Shown piece after piece: positions 37,991-49,921 of a stretch of 64,000 nt of DNA. The stretch covers positions 54,498,001 through 54,562,000 of the forward strand of contig NC_135810.1 of assembly GCF_964213995.1 (NCBI RefSeq). Reading direction: 5' to 3'. Numbering within the stretch: the stretch's first letter is position 1; every line of letters starts with the position of its first letter. This stretch comes from Mustelus asterias. Lineage: Eukaryota. Position numbers and translations under genes: made by a program. The notes under the pieces were generated by a model. That model was not told the DNA's origin and did no database searches. It saw only the letters and a list, made by a program, of their open reading frames with translations.

Positions 37991-38820
37991 AGCTACCTCA
38001 CCCTGGATCCCATGAGGTTTAACCTTATGCAACAACCTACCGTGCGGTACCTTGTCAAAGGCCTTGCTAAAGTTCATGTAGACAACATCAACTGCACTGC
38101 CCTCCCCTCATCCACCTTGGTTACCTCTTCAAAAAACTCAATCAAATTTGTGAGACATGATTTTCCACTCACAAAGCCATGCTGACTGTCCCTAATCTCT
38201 CAATGCCTATAGATCCTGTCTCTCAGAATACCTTCCAACAACTTACTCACTACAGGTGTGAGGCTCACCAGCCTGTAGTTCCCAGGCATTTCCCTGCAGC
38301 GCTTTTTAAACAAAGGCACGACATTTACCACCCTGCAATCTTCAGGCACCTCACCTGTGGCTGTCAATGATTCAAATATCTCTGCTCGGGGACCCGCAAT
38401 TTCCTCCCGAGCCTCCCACAACGTCCTGGAATACACTTCGTCAGATCCCGGGGATTTATCTACCTTGATGCTCTTTAAGACTTCCAGCGCTTCCTTCTCT
38501 TTATATGTACAGTCCTCAAGACATCATTATTTCCCCAAGTTCCCGAGCATCCACGCCTTTCTCAACAGTAAATAATGATGAGAAATATGCATTTCGGATC
38601 TCACCCATCTCTTGTAGATCTCTACATAGATGACCTTGTTGATCCTTAAGAGGCCCTACTCTCTCCCTTATTACTCTTTTGCCCTTTATGTATCTGTAAA
38701 ATCTCTATTTGGATTCTCCTTTGCCTTATCTGCCAAAGCAATCATGTCCCCTTTTTGCCCTCCTGATTTCTTTCTTAACTCTACTTGTACACCCTCTATG
38801 CTCTTCAAGTGATCCACTTG
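37991..38820 (-). mobile_element. CR1 ORF2 fragment
   Basis: RTLWEAREEIAG...VPEDCRVVNVVPLFKK...NYRLVSLT, MNFSKAFDKVPHGRL. Confidence 0.88.
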
Positions 38821-39519
38821 ATCCCTGGTGTTGTTAAACTTCTTACTGTGTTTACCCCAGTCCAACGCCGGCATCTCCACATCATTATTTCATATTACCA
38901 GATCTATATAGCCTGCTGCCTGGTTGGTTCTCAGAAACTCTCTCAAAAAAACCTTCATGGACTCATCTTCTGCTACCTCTGCCCATCTGATGCGCCCAAC
39001 CTATATGTAGATTAAAATCATCCATGACTATTGCTGCAGCCTTCTTTCAAGCCCCCATTAATTCTCCCTTTCACTTTTAGGGCATAGAGGAGGCCTGTAA
39101 ACTACTCCCTCAAGCTTCATTTCTGCCTTTTACTATTTCTTACCTGTAGCCAGACTGATTCTCCATCTTGATCTGAGCTCATCTTTCCCTCTATGACATT
39201 GTACTCATGTCATACTTAAGAGCTACTCCTCCACATTTTCTTAACTTGCTGCCCAAAAGAAAGGTCACCCTTGAATATTCAGGTCCCAGCCCTTTCCTCA
39301 CCTTGCCTTAAACAACTAGTCTATGCAATGAACGTATACTTTCACAGTATTGTTAGGGAGGGCCAAAGTTTTTGATGTAGCAAGAATGAAGGATCGGTAA
39401 TATAGCTGCAAGTCAGATTGGTGTGTAGTTCAAAGATGGTGGTCCCATGTGCTATTGTTCTTCTGGGAGTTTGAGAGGAGCTGTCGAATAAATTTTGGAA
39501 AGTTGTTTAGTGAAGCCTA

Positions 39520-39735
39520 TTCATAGAATAATAAAATCCCTGCAGTGTAGAAAAGCCATTTGGCCCATCAAGTCTGCACTGACTCTGACAGAATATCTTA
39601 TCAAGGCCCACCCCCCACCCTATCCCTGTAACCCCCACACATTTACCCTGCTAATCCCCCTTACCTACACATCTTGGGACACTAAGGGGCAATTTAGCTC
39701 AGCCAATCCTTTTAACCTGCGCATCTTTGGACTGG
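39520..39735 (-). mobile_element. HE1-type SINE 3' portion
   Basis: Reverse complement of 3890-4068 (tccaaagatg...aaattgccccttagtgtcc...). Confidence 0.75.
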
Positions 39736-40149
39736 CGGTATCAATAGTGGAATGGATATTTAGAGTGATGGATGAGACTATTTGTCACATGGACTACTTT
39801 GTCTTGGATGGTATTGAGATTTGAATCTTGTTGTCCCTGCACCCATCCAGGCAAGTCAAATATTTTTCATTACACTTGTGACTTGTGTCTTTTTAGGCTT
39901 TGGGGAGTCAGGAAGTCAGTGGTTCACTGCAAAATACTCAGCCTCTGAATTGGTTTAGTAGCCATGGCATTTATATGGCTGACCTAATTAAATTTCTGCT
40001 CAGTGTTGATGGTGGGTGGTATAGTTGCAATATCCACATCATTGCCATGTAACTGGGACCAATATAGCACCTATACATCCTACAGCAGATCCTGGTAGTG
40101 AGAATAGCACAGGAACAGGAAGGCACCAAGATGAGCCTGGAGCCTGAAT

Positions 40150-41675
40150 TCTTCCACAGCCTTGGTGGGACGAAACCTGGAGTATTATGTATAGCTTTGG
40201 TCTCCTTATCAAGGAAGGATATACCTATCATAGAGAGAGTGCAACAAAGGCTGACCAGGCAAATTCCTGAGATGGTGGGATTGTTTTGAGGAAAGATTGA
40301 GGAAACTGGGCCTGTACTCTAGAGTTTAGAAGAATGAGAGTTGGAGCCTGATTTTACCATCACATTGCGCCCGTTTCCGGGCGTGAAAACTTGGTAAAGT
40401 CGGGCGTGAGGCAGTTAGTACGATCCGTGCCCCGCCTCCCCCTTTACCAAGGCCCTAAAATGGCCGCGATTGGGACCGGGCGCGACGGCCATTTAAATGC
40501 GTTTGCATGCATTTCAGTTGACTTAATGGGCTGCATGCCGAACTTTACCAGCATTTCTCCCTTTACCACTACGTTTGTCCATCTGGAATTGGCGTGAAAT
40601 AGACATGCTCTATGGAAGTCCGATTTGGACGCTCCATCAGTGAGGGTTCGTGAGGAGATAAGTGCCTGGCGTCTAACAGCTCTTTGCTTGAGATTGGTGG
40701 GGCGGGGGGATGGTGGGTCCACTGTCACTCTGCTTGAGATCGGTGGTGTTGGGGGGTAGGGGGGTGGTGGTCTGCTGCCACTCTGCCTGAGATCAGTGGC
40801 GGGGGGTAAGGAGGGGTCCGCTGTCACTCCGCCCGAGATCGAAGGGGGAGGGTGGATCACTGCCTGAGATTGGTCGGGGGGAAGTGGAGGTTCGCTGCCC
40901 TTCTGCTTGAGATCGGTGGTGGGGGGAAAGTGGGTCCGCTGCCACTCTGCTTGAGATCGATGGGGGGGAGAGTGGGAGAGGAGGGGCCCACGATTGGTCT
41001 GGGTGGCAGGGGGTTGGGGGATAAGGGGGTCAGTAATGTTGGGGGGGTGTGGGACATTGTCTGTGGGGTGGTGGGGGGGGGCCCTGGAGGGATGTGGCTA
41101 AAAGGCTACATTCTGTCAGTAGTTGGAGGCGCCGATCGGAGCTGCAGGGTTGTGGGCGCATTGAGCCCTGCTCACAGGCTTGTGCAGCGTGATTCGGAAT
41201 CGCTGATATTTTTTCGGGCAGTATGTGTATGGGAGTGCCTGAGAACAGGTCTAAAAGTCAGATCTGAAACACTCCCAGATGGTAAAATAGGGCCCTTGAT
41301 CTCATGGAAGTGCATGAAATTCTTACAGGGCTTGAAAGGTAGATGCAGGAAGGATATTTTTCCTGGTTGAGGGGATATCTAGTATCTGTATCAGGCGGCA
41401 CAGTCTCAGAATAAGGGGTAGACCATTTCGGGTTGAAATAAGGAATTACTTCAATCAGAGGGTGGTGAACCTTTGGTTCCCTGTACTTCAGAGTGCTGTG
41501 GAAGCTCAGTCATTTGAGTATGTTCAAGACTGAGGTTTATAGATTTCTAGATACCAATCACATCAAGGAATATGGGGATAGTGTGGGAAGATGAGATTGA
41601 GGTAGACGGTCAGCCATGATGCAGTTAAATGGCAGAGCAGGCTGGAGGGGCCAAATTGCCTGCTCCTGTGTTCTT
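40150..41675 (+). mobile_element. CR1 3' fragment interrupted by a TIR element
   Basis: acctggagtattatgtatagctttggtctcc, IERVQQRLTR; resumes after 41298 and ends in a CR1 tail. Confidence 0.8.
40344..41295. mobile_element. Non-autonomous PIF/Harbinger-like MITE with TTG target-site duplication
   Basis: TIRs gagcctgattttaccat / atggtaaaatagggccc; TTG on both sides; excision restores CR1 gaatgagagttgatctc. Confidence 0.85.
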
Positions 41676-42399
41676 GGGTTCATTGAACAACCCTTAACCT
41701 GAGCTATTCCTGATCCCCACTCCCATGCATTCCCATTCCAAAATCACTTCTTAGAATCCTTCCACTTCAATAAAGCTGTGCTAATTAATTAACAATAATA
41801 TAAATGGTATGTGGCATTGCAGGATCAGCAGCCACTATAAAAATGCTCCATAGACCAGCTAATAATTGGAAATGCTTTCACATTTTAATGGCTTACTATG
41901 ATGCCAGAACGTAATATTCTCAGCGGTGCGAGTTCATAATATTCCTAAATTTTACTTCTGGCTACGCTATGCTTCTACAAGTTGTATTGCAGTGGTTTTA
42001 GCAAGGAAAATGTAAAAATGCTGCTGCTCAGAAGAAGGCTGTAAATATGTTCATGATTTGTAATCTCGAGGAATTGAGAACTCCGAGATCGACTGCAGAT
42101 TGCAGTGTTTCAGCCCAGATGTTGTGCACATCAATCAGGGGTATTTGAACGATCAAACACGTTGTTTTATTGAGAGAGAGAGAGCAGCATATGCCAACCA
42201 CATCTGTGATACTTATACCCCTGTAATAGAGAGAGTCTAAATCAGCATTCTGACTGATGCTGGAAATCTATAACTGAACTTCCGATATAGGAAGTCACCA
42301 TCAACCAAGTCCAAGGAAAAGGTGATGGTTTCGCCAAAGCCTGATTGACTGACATCTATGTGGATTTGACTATAGATTTGGCTGTCACTCAGCTCGTAT

Positions 42400-42580
42400 T
42401 ATTCCACTTTAGACTTAAAATCTGGTTTGAAACTCCTGGATGCTGCATTGCATGAGTACATTGACGGAGGTGTCAGATTCAGGATAAGATGTTAAACCAA
42501 GGTCCTGTCTGCTCTCAAGTGAAAGTAAAAGATCCCATCACATTATTTTGAATGTAATTTGTTCTGTATTTATCCTCCAA
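42400..42580 (+). mobile_element. Deu-domain SINE remnant (SacSINE1/AmnSINE-like)
   Basis: ggaggtgtc...gataagatgttaaaccaaggtcctgtctgctctcaagtgaaagtaaaagatccca resembles the Deu-domain consensus as recalled. Confidence 0.6.
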
Positions 42581-42809
42581 TCAAAGTAAATTAGCATAGT
42601 GGTAATGTCACAGAATTAGTAATCCAGATACCAGAACAGGAGTCCATTTTCCACCACAACAGCTGGTGAAATTACTAACAAGTTCAGTTAGTAAATCTGG
42701 AATAAAAAGATAGTCATGTAATGGTGATCACTTGATTGTTTTAAAGATTTATCCAGTTCCCTAATATCCACTTTAGGGAAGGAAATCTGACATCCATGCA
42801 TGAAATGGT

Positions 42810-44000
42810 CTCGCAAGCAACTTAATTACATCATCTTCCACATCATACTTCTTCGGTTGTATCTTCACATGGTGCTGACTCTCATCTCTGTCTTTAGATT
42901 TTAGCCCTTCCTGTCCTTCATCATCTAAGAAGCTATCAACTTTCTCCATATCTTCCTCTGGCCAGGGACCCCCTTTGAAGCGCCAGGTTTTGAAGAGCAC
43001 AGTAGACTATGATTATGTGGGGTACCTTCTACAGGTTCTTGCAGAGCCCCATCCCCACCTGAGCGGTCCAAACATTCAAAGTGATGTTTTTGGATTAAGG
43101 TGCTAATGGTCTGCTCGATGATGGATTGTGTCAATCTATGCGCCAGATACACTTCTCCACTGAGGAACTCTGAGGACGACACGTGGGTGTCTAGAGACAT
43201 CGTTTGATTCGTTACCACTTATCCCCAAGCAGCCAGCCCTGTAATTACTGAGTCCCTTCGATGCAAAGTATCTGGGAGTGACTCAGGATGTATGTGAATC
43301 ATGGGAACTCCCAGGGTACCTGTTAGAAACATGTTCTATGTCCTTCCGATGATTGCACACCAATGGTCAGTGAGTGAAACCTTTTCCTGTTGATGAACAT
43401 CAAGAGCTGCTGCCATGGAGCTCTCAAAGCTATATGTGTGCAATCTGCACCTTGAACTCGAGCATATCCTGAGATCGCTGCAAACCCCAGAAATCGAACA
43501 GCCTGAATAGCTTCATCACATGTGAATTTCAGTAGAGGGCATATGTCACCTGCTCGATACATTTATGTGCCAAGGACTGAGATGCTGCATAGGTTCCCTC
43601 TGGATGCTTGCAATGATCCTCAGACAAAGAAATTGAGTGCACCAGTGATCTTCAGTTTGATTGGCAGGAGATGTCCTCCCAGATCATGGGGTGTTTGATC
43701 CTCCCACACTATGTGGCAATTCTGATCCACTCCATACCTTGACAGATGCAGATATATGTGACATTGTCTTTGCTCATCTCCAGAAAGGAGAGGCTTTTCG
43801 ATATACCCTTGGTTGTGCAGGTGGCCTCCATTAGATGGGTCTAAACTCCTCATCCTCTGGGTGGCACTGGGGCTCCCCTGAACCATGGACCTCAGGCGAG
43901 GCCTCCTCTGGAAGATGGGCTAGACGGTGCGGGGCCCTTCTCCCCTCAATTGAATCACTGCCATCAAGAAGGCAGCAATGAGCACCAGGTTCCATTATTC
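42810..44000 (-). mobile_element. Decayed PIF/Harbinger (HARBI1-like) transposase
   Basis: FAAISGYARVQGADCTHIALRAP...FINRKRFHSL (cf. GAIDCTH...NRKGFHS), GWLLGDK near 43220-43240, IIEQTISTL. Confidence 0.8.
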
Positions 44001-44688
44001 AATACTCCTCCACCCTGGGACTGTTAGATGTGAATGAACAAAGTATACTTTCAAGTCAGGATGTGGAGGTAGTTTGAGATAAACATTAGTGTTCTTATGT
44101 ATCTGCTGCCCTTTTTTTTTATAGATGATAGTGGTTGTGGGTTAGGTAGGTGCTGTCAATGGAGCCTTGGTGAGTTCCAGCAATGCACCTTTCATATGAT
44201 ATGTCCTGTTGCCGTTGTGCCTCACTGATGAAGGGAATTAATGTTTGTGGAAGAAGTGTCAATGAAGAGGGCTGTTTTGCCCTGGATGGTGTTGAGCTTC
44301 TTGAAGAAGGTATTGGCAGTCCAAATAAGGGGAGAATATTCTATAACGCTCCTGACTTATGCCTTGTAGATTGTGGACAGGCCTTGGGGAAGGAAGTCAA
44401 AAGGTGAATTGCCACAGTATTCCTAGCTCCTGACCTGTTGTTATAGTCATTATGTTTATATGGCTAATCCAGTTCAGGCTTTGATCATTGTTAAATCCCT
44501 GGATGTCGATGGTGGGGGATTCAGCGATGGTAGTGCCATTGAATGTCATGGGGAGATGGTTATTGGCATGAATGTTACTTGCCACTTGTCGGCCCAAGCC
44601 TGGATATTGTCCATTGTCTTGCTGCATATGTAAGAAGTTTAACAACAGCAGGTTAAAGTCCAACAGTTTTATTTGGAAGCAAAAGCCA

Positions 44689-44725
44689 CACAAGCTTTCG
44701 GAGCCTTAAGCCCCTTCTTCAGGTG
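44689..44725 (-). ncRNA. Minimal type I hammerhead ribozyme motif of Penelope pLTR
   Basis: Minus strand CAC-CUGAAGA-A-GGGGC-UUAAG-GCUCC-GAAA-GC-UU-GUG: core boxes, stem II, palindromic stem III, 3-bp stem I. Confidence 0.7.
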
Positions 44726-47679
44726 AGTGGGAATTCTGTTCACAAACAGGGCATATAAAGACACAAACTCAATTTACATGAATAATGGTTGGAATGCAAA
44801 TACTTACAGCTAATCAAGTCTTTGAGATACAAACAATGTGATGTGAGTGGAGAGAGCATCAAGAGAGGCTAAAGAGATGTGTATTGCCTCCAGACAGGAC
44901 AGCCAGTGAGACTCTGTAGGTCCAGGCAAGCTGTGGGGGTTACAAATAGTGTGACATGAACCCAATATCCCGGTTGAGGCCGTCCTCATGTGTGTGGAAC
45001 TTGGCTATCAGTTTCTGTTCAGCGACTCTGCGCCATCGTGTGTCGTGAAGGCCGCCTTAGAGAACGCTTACCTGAATATCAGAGGCCGAATGCCCATGAC
45101 CGCTGAAGTGCTCCCCAACAGGAAGAGAACAGTCTTGCCTGGTGATTGTCGAGCGGTGTTCATTCATCCGTTGTCGCAGCGTCTGCATGGTTTCACCAAT
45201 GTACCATGCCTCGGGACATCCTTTCCTGCAGTGTATCAGGTAGACAACGTTGGCCGAGTTGCAAGACTATGTACCGTGTACCTGGTGGATGGTGTTCTCA
45301 CGTGAGATGATGGCACCTGTGTCGATGATCCGGCACGTCTTGCAGAGGTTGCTGTGGCAGGGTTGTGTGGTGTCGTGGTCACTGTTCTCCTGAAGGCTGG
45401 GTAGTTTGCTGCGGACAATGGTCTGTTTGAGGTTGTGCAGTTGTTTGAAGGCAAGAAGTGGGGGTGTGGGGATGGCCTTGGCGAGATATTCGTCTTCATC
45501 AATGACATGTTGAAGGCTCCAGAGGAGATGCCGTAGCTTCTCTGCTCCGGGGAAGTACTGGAAGGCGAAGGGTACTCTGTCCACCGTGTCCCGTGTTTGT
45601 TTTCTGAGGAGGTCAGTGCGGTTTTCCGCTGTGGCGCGTCGGAACTGTCGAATGATGAGTCGAGCTCCATATCCTGTTCTTATGAGGGCATCTTTCAGCG
45701 TCTGGAGGTGTCTGTTGCGATCCTCCTCATCCGAGCAGATCCTGTGTATACAGATGGCTTCTTTAACGTGTTTAGGGTGGAAGTTGGAGAAGTGGAGCAT
45801 CGTGAGGTTATCCGTGGGCTTGCGGTATAGTGAGGTGCTGAGGTGACCGTCCTTAATGGAGATGCGTGTGTCCAAGAATGCAACCGATTCCGGAGAGTAG
45901 TCCATGGTGAGTCTGATGGTGGGATGGAATTTCATTATATCGTTGTTTCGGTGATTGTTCACCACGAGTCCCAAGGAAGAAAATGTCATCGATGTATCTA
46001 GTGTATGGCATCGGTTGAAGGTCCTGTGCGGTGAAGAAGTCTTGTTTGAACCTGTGCATGAAGATGTTGGCATATTGAGGTGCGAATTTGGTCCCCATGG
46101 CTGTTCCGTGTGTCTGGATGACGAACTGGTTGTTGAAGGTGAAGATATTGTGGTCCAGGATGAAGCGGATGAGTTGTAAAATTGCATCTGGAAACTGGCA
46201 GTTGTCGGCGCTGAGCACTGAGGCCGTTGCAGCAATGCCATCGTCGTGGGGGATGCTGTTGTAGAGTGCCGAGACATCCATTGTGACGAGGAGCGCTCCT
46301 GGTTCAACTGCTCCATGTGTGCCAAGTTTCTGTAGGAAGTCCGTAGTGTCGCGACAAAAGCTGGGGGTTCTTTGTACAATGGGTTTCGGGATGCCCTCGA
46401 CATAGCGGGAGAGGTTCTCGCACAGGATCCCATTGCCCGATACGATGGGACGGCCGGGTGTGTTTGCCTTGTGTATGTTCGGGAGGCAGTAGAGATCTCC
46501 AATGCAGGGAGTACGTGGGATGAGAGCACGGAGGGTGCTCTGAAGGTCCGGATCAAAGGTCTTGATCAGAGTGTTGAGTTGACGGGTGTGTTCTTTGGTC
46601 GGATCGGCGGGTAACTGTCTGTCGTGTTCCTCGTTGTTTCGTTGTCGGTACACTTCTTTGCAGTCATCCGTTCTGTTCAGTATGATGATGGCCCCTCCTT
46701 TGCTGGTTTGATAATGTTGCGGTTGGTCTTGAGAGCGTGGATGGCGTTGCGTTGTACTTGGGTGATGTTCGGGGCTGTCTTGTGAGTGCGGCTGATGAAT
46801 TTGGTGTTGCCGCACCTCCTGATGGCTTGGGCATACATGTCAAGTCGAGGGCAGCGGCCTTCCGGAGGAGTCCAATTCGACTCTTTCCTCTTCGGATGCA
46901 CTGCGGATCTCTCTGTCGGCTGTTCCGGTTCATTGTCTGTCTCATTGTGTTTGCTGTTGTCCTCTTGGGGTTTGTGGAAGAACTCCCGCAGCCTCATTCG
47001 CCTGATGAATTCCTGTGTCTGCTGCGAGACTGATGTGGTCTATTTTGGTGGTGGGGCAAAAATTAAGCCTTCGGCTGAGAACTTTGATTTCATCTGGTTG
47101 AAGTGTGTAGTCAGACAAGTTGACAATGGACTTCCCTGCAGTGGTACTGTTTTCTACTGTGGTACCGGGGGAGGCTTGGTTGCTGCTGGTGGTGATGCCG
47201 AGTTTCTCAAGTTTCCTGTTCTTGGTGTGCATGTAGATGGTGTAGTTCCTTTGTCTAGTCTGCTTGGCAGAGTTTCGCAGCTGGGCTGCATCCTGAGCGC
47301 AAGTTGAGAATGTGGACTCTATCTTGGTTTCCAGGCTGCGGCGTTTACTGTTGAGCTGGTGTACGAGGTGTTTGAGGAGTGTTTGAGAGAGGTGCGACGG
47401 CAAAGTCTCTCAGCGTAGTCTGTTATAGTTTGACCTGAGTGGGTTCGTGATCTGTAGTCCTTTCGGTATCTTGTCTGATTTCTTGCATCTTTGTAGAAAC
47501 TTGATGTCTGTGTCGATATGCGCGATCTTCTTGGAGATCCTCTCCACTTGGAGGTGGCAGTTTGCGGTGTCGATGGTAGTCATGATGTGGAGATGCCGGC
47601 GTTGGACTGGGGTAAACACAGTAAGAAGTTTAACAACATCAGGTTAAAGTCCGACAGGTTTATTTGGTAGCAAAAGAAA

Positions 47680-47716
47680 CACAAGCTTTCGGAGCCTTAA
47701 GCCCCTTCTTCAGGTG
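47680..47716 (-). ncRNA. Minimal hammerhead ribozyme motif (second pLTR)
   Basis: Identical motif to 44689-44725. Confidence 0.7.
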
Positions 47717-48649
47717 AGTGGGAATTCTGTTCACAAACAGGGCATATAAAGACACAAACTCAATTTACATGAATAATGGTTGGAATGCAAATACTTACAG
47801 CTAATCAAGTCTTTGAGATACAAACAATGTGAGTGGAGAGAGCATCAAGAGAGGCTAAAGAGATGTGTATTGCCTCCAGACAGGACAGCCAGTGAGACTC
47901 TGTAGGTCCAGGCAAGCTGTGGGGGTTACAAATAGTGTGACATGAACCCAATATCCCGGTTGAGGCCGTCCTCATGTGTGTGGAACTTGGCTATCAGTTT
48001 CTGTTCAGCGACTCTGCGCCATCGTGTGTCGTGAAGGCCGCCTTAGAGAACGCTTACCTGAATATCAGAGGCCGAATGCCCATGACCGCTGAAATGCTCC
48101 CCAACAGGAAGAGAACAGTCTTGCCTGGTGATTGTCGAGCGGTGTTCATATGGACATGGATTGCTTTCTCATCTGAGGAATCATGAATGGTGCTGAACAT
48201 TGTGTAAACGTCACCAGACCTCTCCAGTTCAGAATTTATGATGAAGGAAGGTCATTAATGAAGCAGTTGTTAATAGTTGGGTCTTGGACATTACCCTGAA
48301 GAACTCGATGACTCCTGCAGTCTCTTTCTGACACACATCAAAAGGGGACGGCTCCAATTGCAGGTTCTCAAGGAAATCTTTCTCCCAGCTCGAGCATCAT
48401 TTCAATGTTGAGTACCAATGCAGTTCGAGGGTGCCCCCTGAAAGCAACCCAGTCCTGGGCTCCTCCCACACTTCTCAGACCCATGCTGTGCAGGCTTTGA
48501 TTTCAAACTGTAAAAACTTCAGGCTATGGTGCAGCAACCTTTTTGTTTAAAGACGAGCTGCAAACCTCTCCTTGTCACTTTTCGGGTTCCTCCAAATTTC
48601 CTGCAACTCCACAATTGTAGGAAAATGTCCTTCTTGTTATTCTTGTAAG

Positions 48650-48890
48650 GAAAGGTTCAGTAGAGATGTGCGGGGGAAATGTTTTACACAGAGTGGTGGG
48701 GGTCTGGAATGCACTGCCAAGTGAGATGGTTGAGGCAGACATGTTAGCGACATTTAAGACTTATCTGGATAAACATATGAACAGCTGGGGAATAGAGGGA
48801 TACAGACGGTTGGTCAAGATAGAACAACGTGATCAGCCCAGGCTTCGAGAGCCAAAGGGCCTGTTCCTGTGCTGTACTGTTCTTTATTCT
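48650..48890 (+). mobile_element. CR1 (HER1-like) short 3' end
   Basis: HRVVGVWNALPSEMVEADMLATFKTYLDKHMN plus tail gggcctgttcctgtgctgtactgttct. Confidence 0.85.
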
Positions 48891-49921
48891 CCAGCTTCCG
48901 AGTAACCCGAGATCCCATTGTAATTGTAATGAACATTTCAGCCACCTGAACTCATCAATACCATATGTCCCATGTAGACCTCACCCCTCCCAATCTTGAG
49001 GATCTGTACACTATCATATACCGAGGACAACGCGCCACACACACACACACAAAGTTTGACTACTCCTCTATCATGTTTTCCTGATTTACAAGCTCCCCTA
49101 ACCGTACCATCTGCAACTCAGTACTGAGCCAGACAAGCCTATGGCCACTGATGGTAAGACCATGTTCATGCCCTGCATACTAAGCCGTACCTTATCCAAA
49201 TTGAGCACTTAAACTTTGTCCCTCCCTGGGATAGTACAGTAATGTACATGTCTTGCATAGTGCTGTAGCCTGGTCCTGGAAGCCTCAAGACTGTCTTTAA
49301 CATCTCACCGAATGTGAGGTCGACTCAGCCCAACAACTGTTTTTCATTTCTCACCTTGATCCCCTCGCCCTGACTGGTGATTATGACTTTCTTTAAAGGA
49401 GCTCTCCACTTCCTCTTTATACTCTCCCAGCCCCCACCTCCATTTGTCACTGTGCGATCTATCTCACCAGCCGCAGCAAACCTTGTATCGACCAATCTAA
49501 TTTCTCACTAAGGTGATGCAAGATTAGAAGGTGGAACCAGCAAATAGACTTATATTGAGTATTCATGACATGGTAATGTACCCAAATGGCATTCCTGTCA
49601 TGGATCAGTGGGAAACCCAACTCGCCATTTGTCTACCATGAATGTGGTGAGGGGAAAATTCCAAATTAATTTCCTGCCAGAAATCTGATTTTCGGCTTCT
49701 CTCTGTATTTTCTGCTCCTGCCCACCATGAAACCCGCCACAGGCAGGACCAGAAAATTCAGCCCTATGAAACAGAGTGACAATCTACTAAATCTTGTACT
49801 TGTTCTTTAAAATGTACATTTGTGAGAAGTTGCCTGTATAACATTGTTCTGTTAATATATATTGATGAGATCATTTGAATTATTTTTAATGTGTTGACTT
49901 GTATGTATTGCAACTAAACAG

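Larger units (their letters stand above)
44630..48149 (-). mobile_element. Penelope-like element, near full length, frameshifted, with pseudo-LTRs
   Basis: RT (LYCLPNIHK..PGRPIVSG, MDVSALY, GTAMGT, RYIDD), GIY-YIG (NVVYLIHCRKGCPEAWYIGET), ~530-bp direct repeats 44630-45163 and 47621-48149; inserted into a minus-strand CR1 remnant. Confidence 0.93.

Noticed and set aside
49899-49921. ORF-track start 'MYVLQLNR'
   Set aside because: The codon is TTG in AT-rich intron-like sequence just before an AG acceptor; not a credible initiation site.
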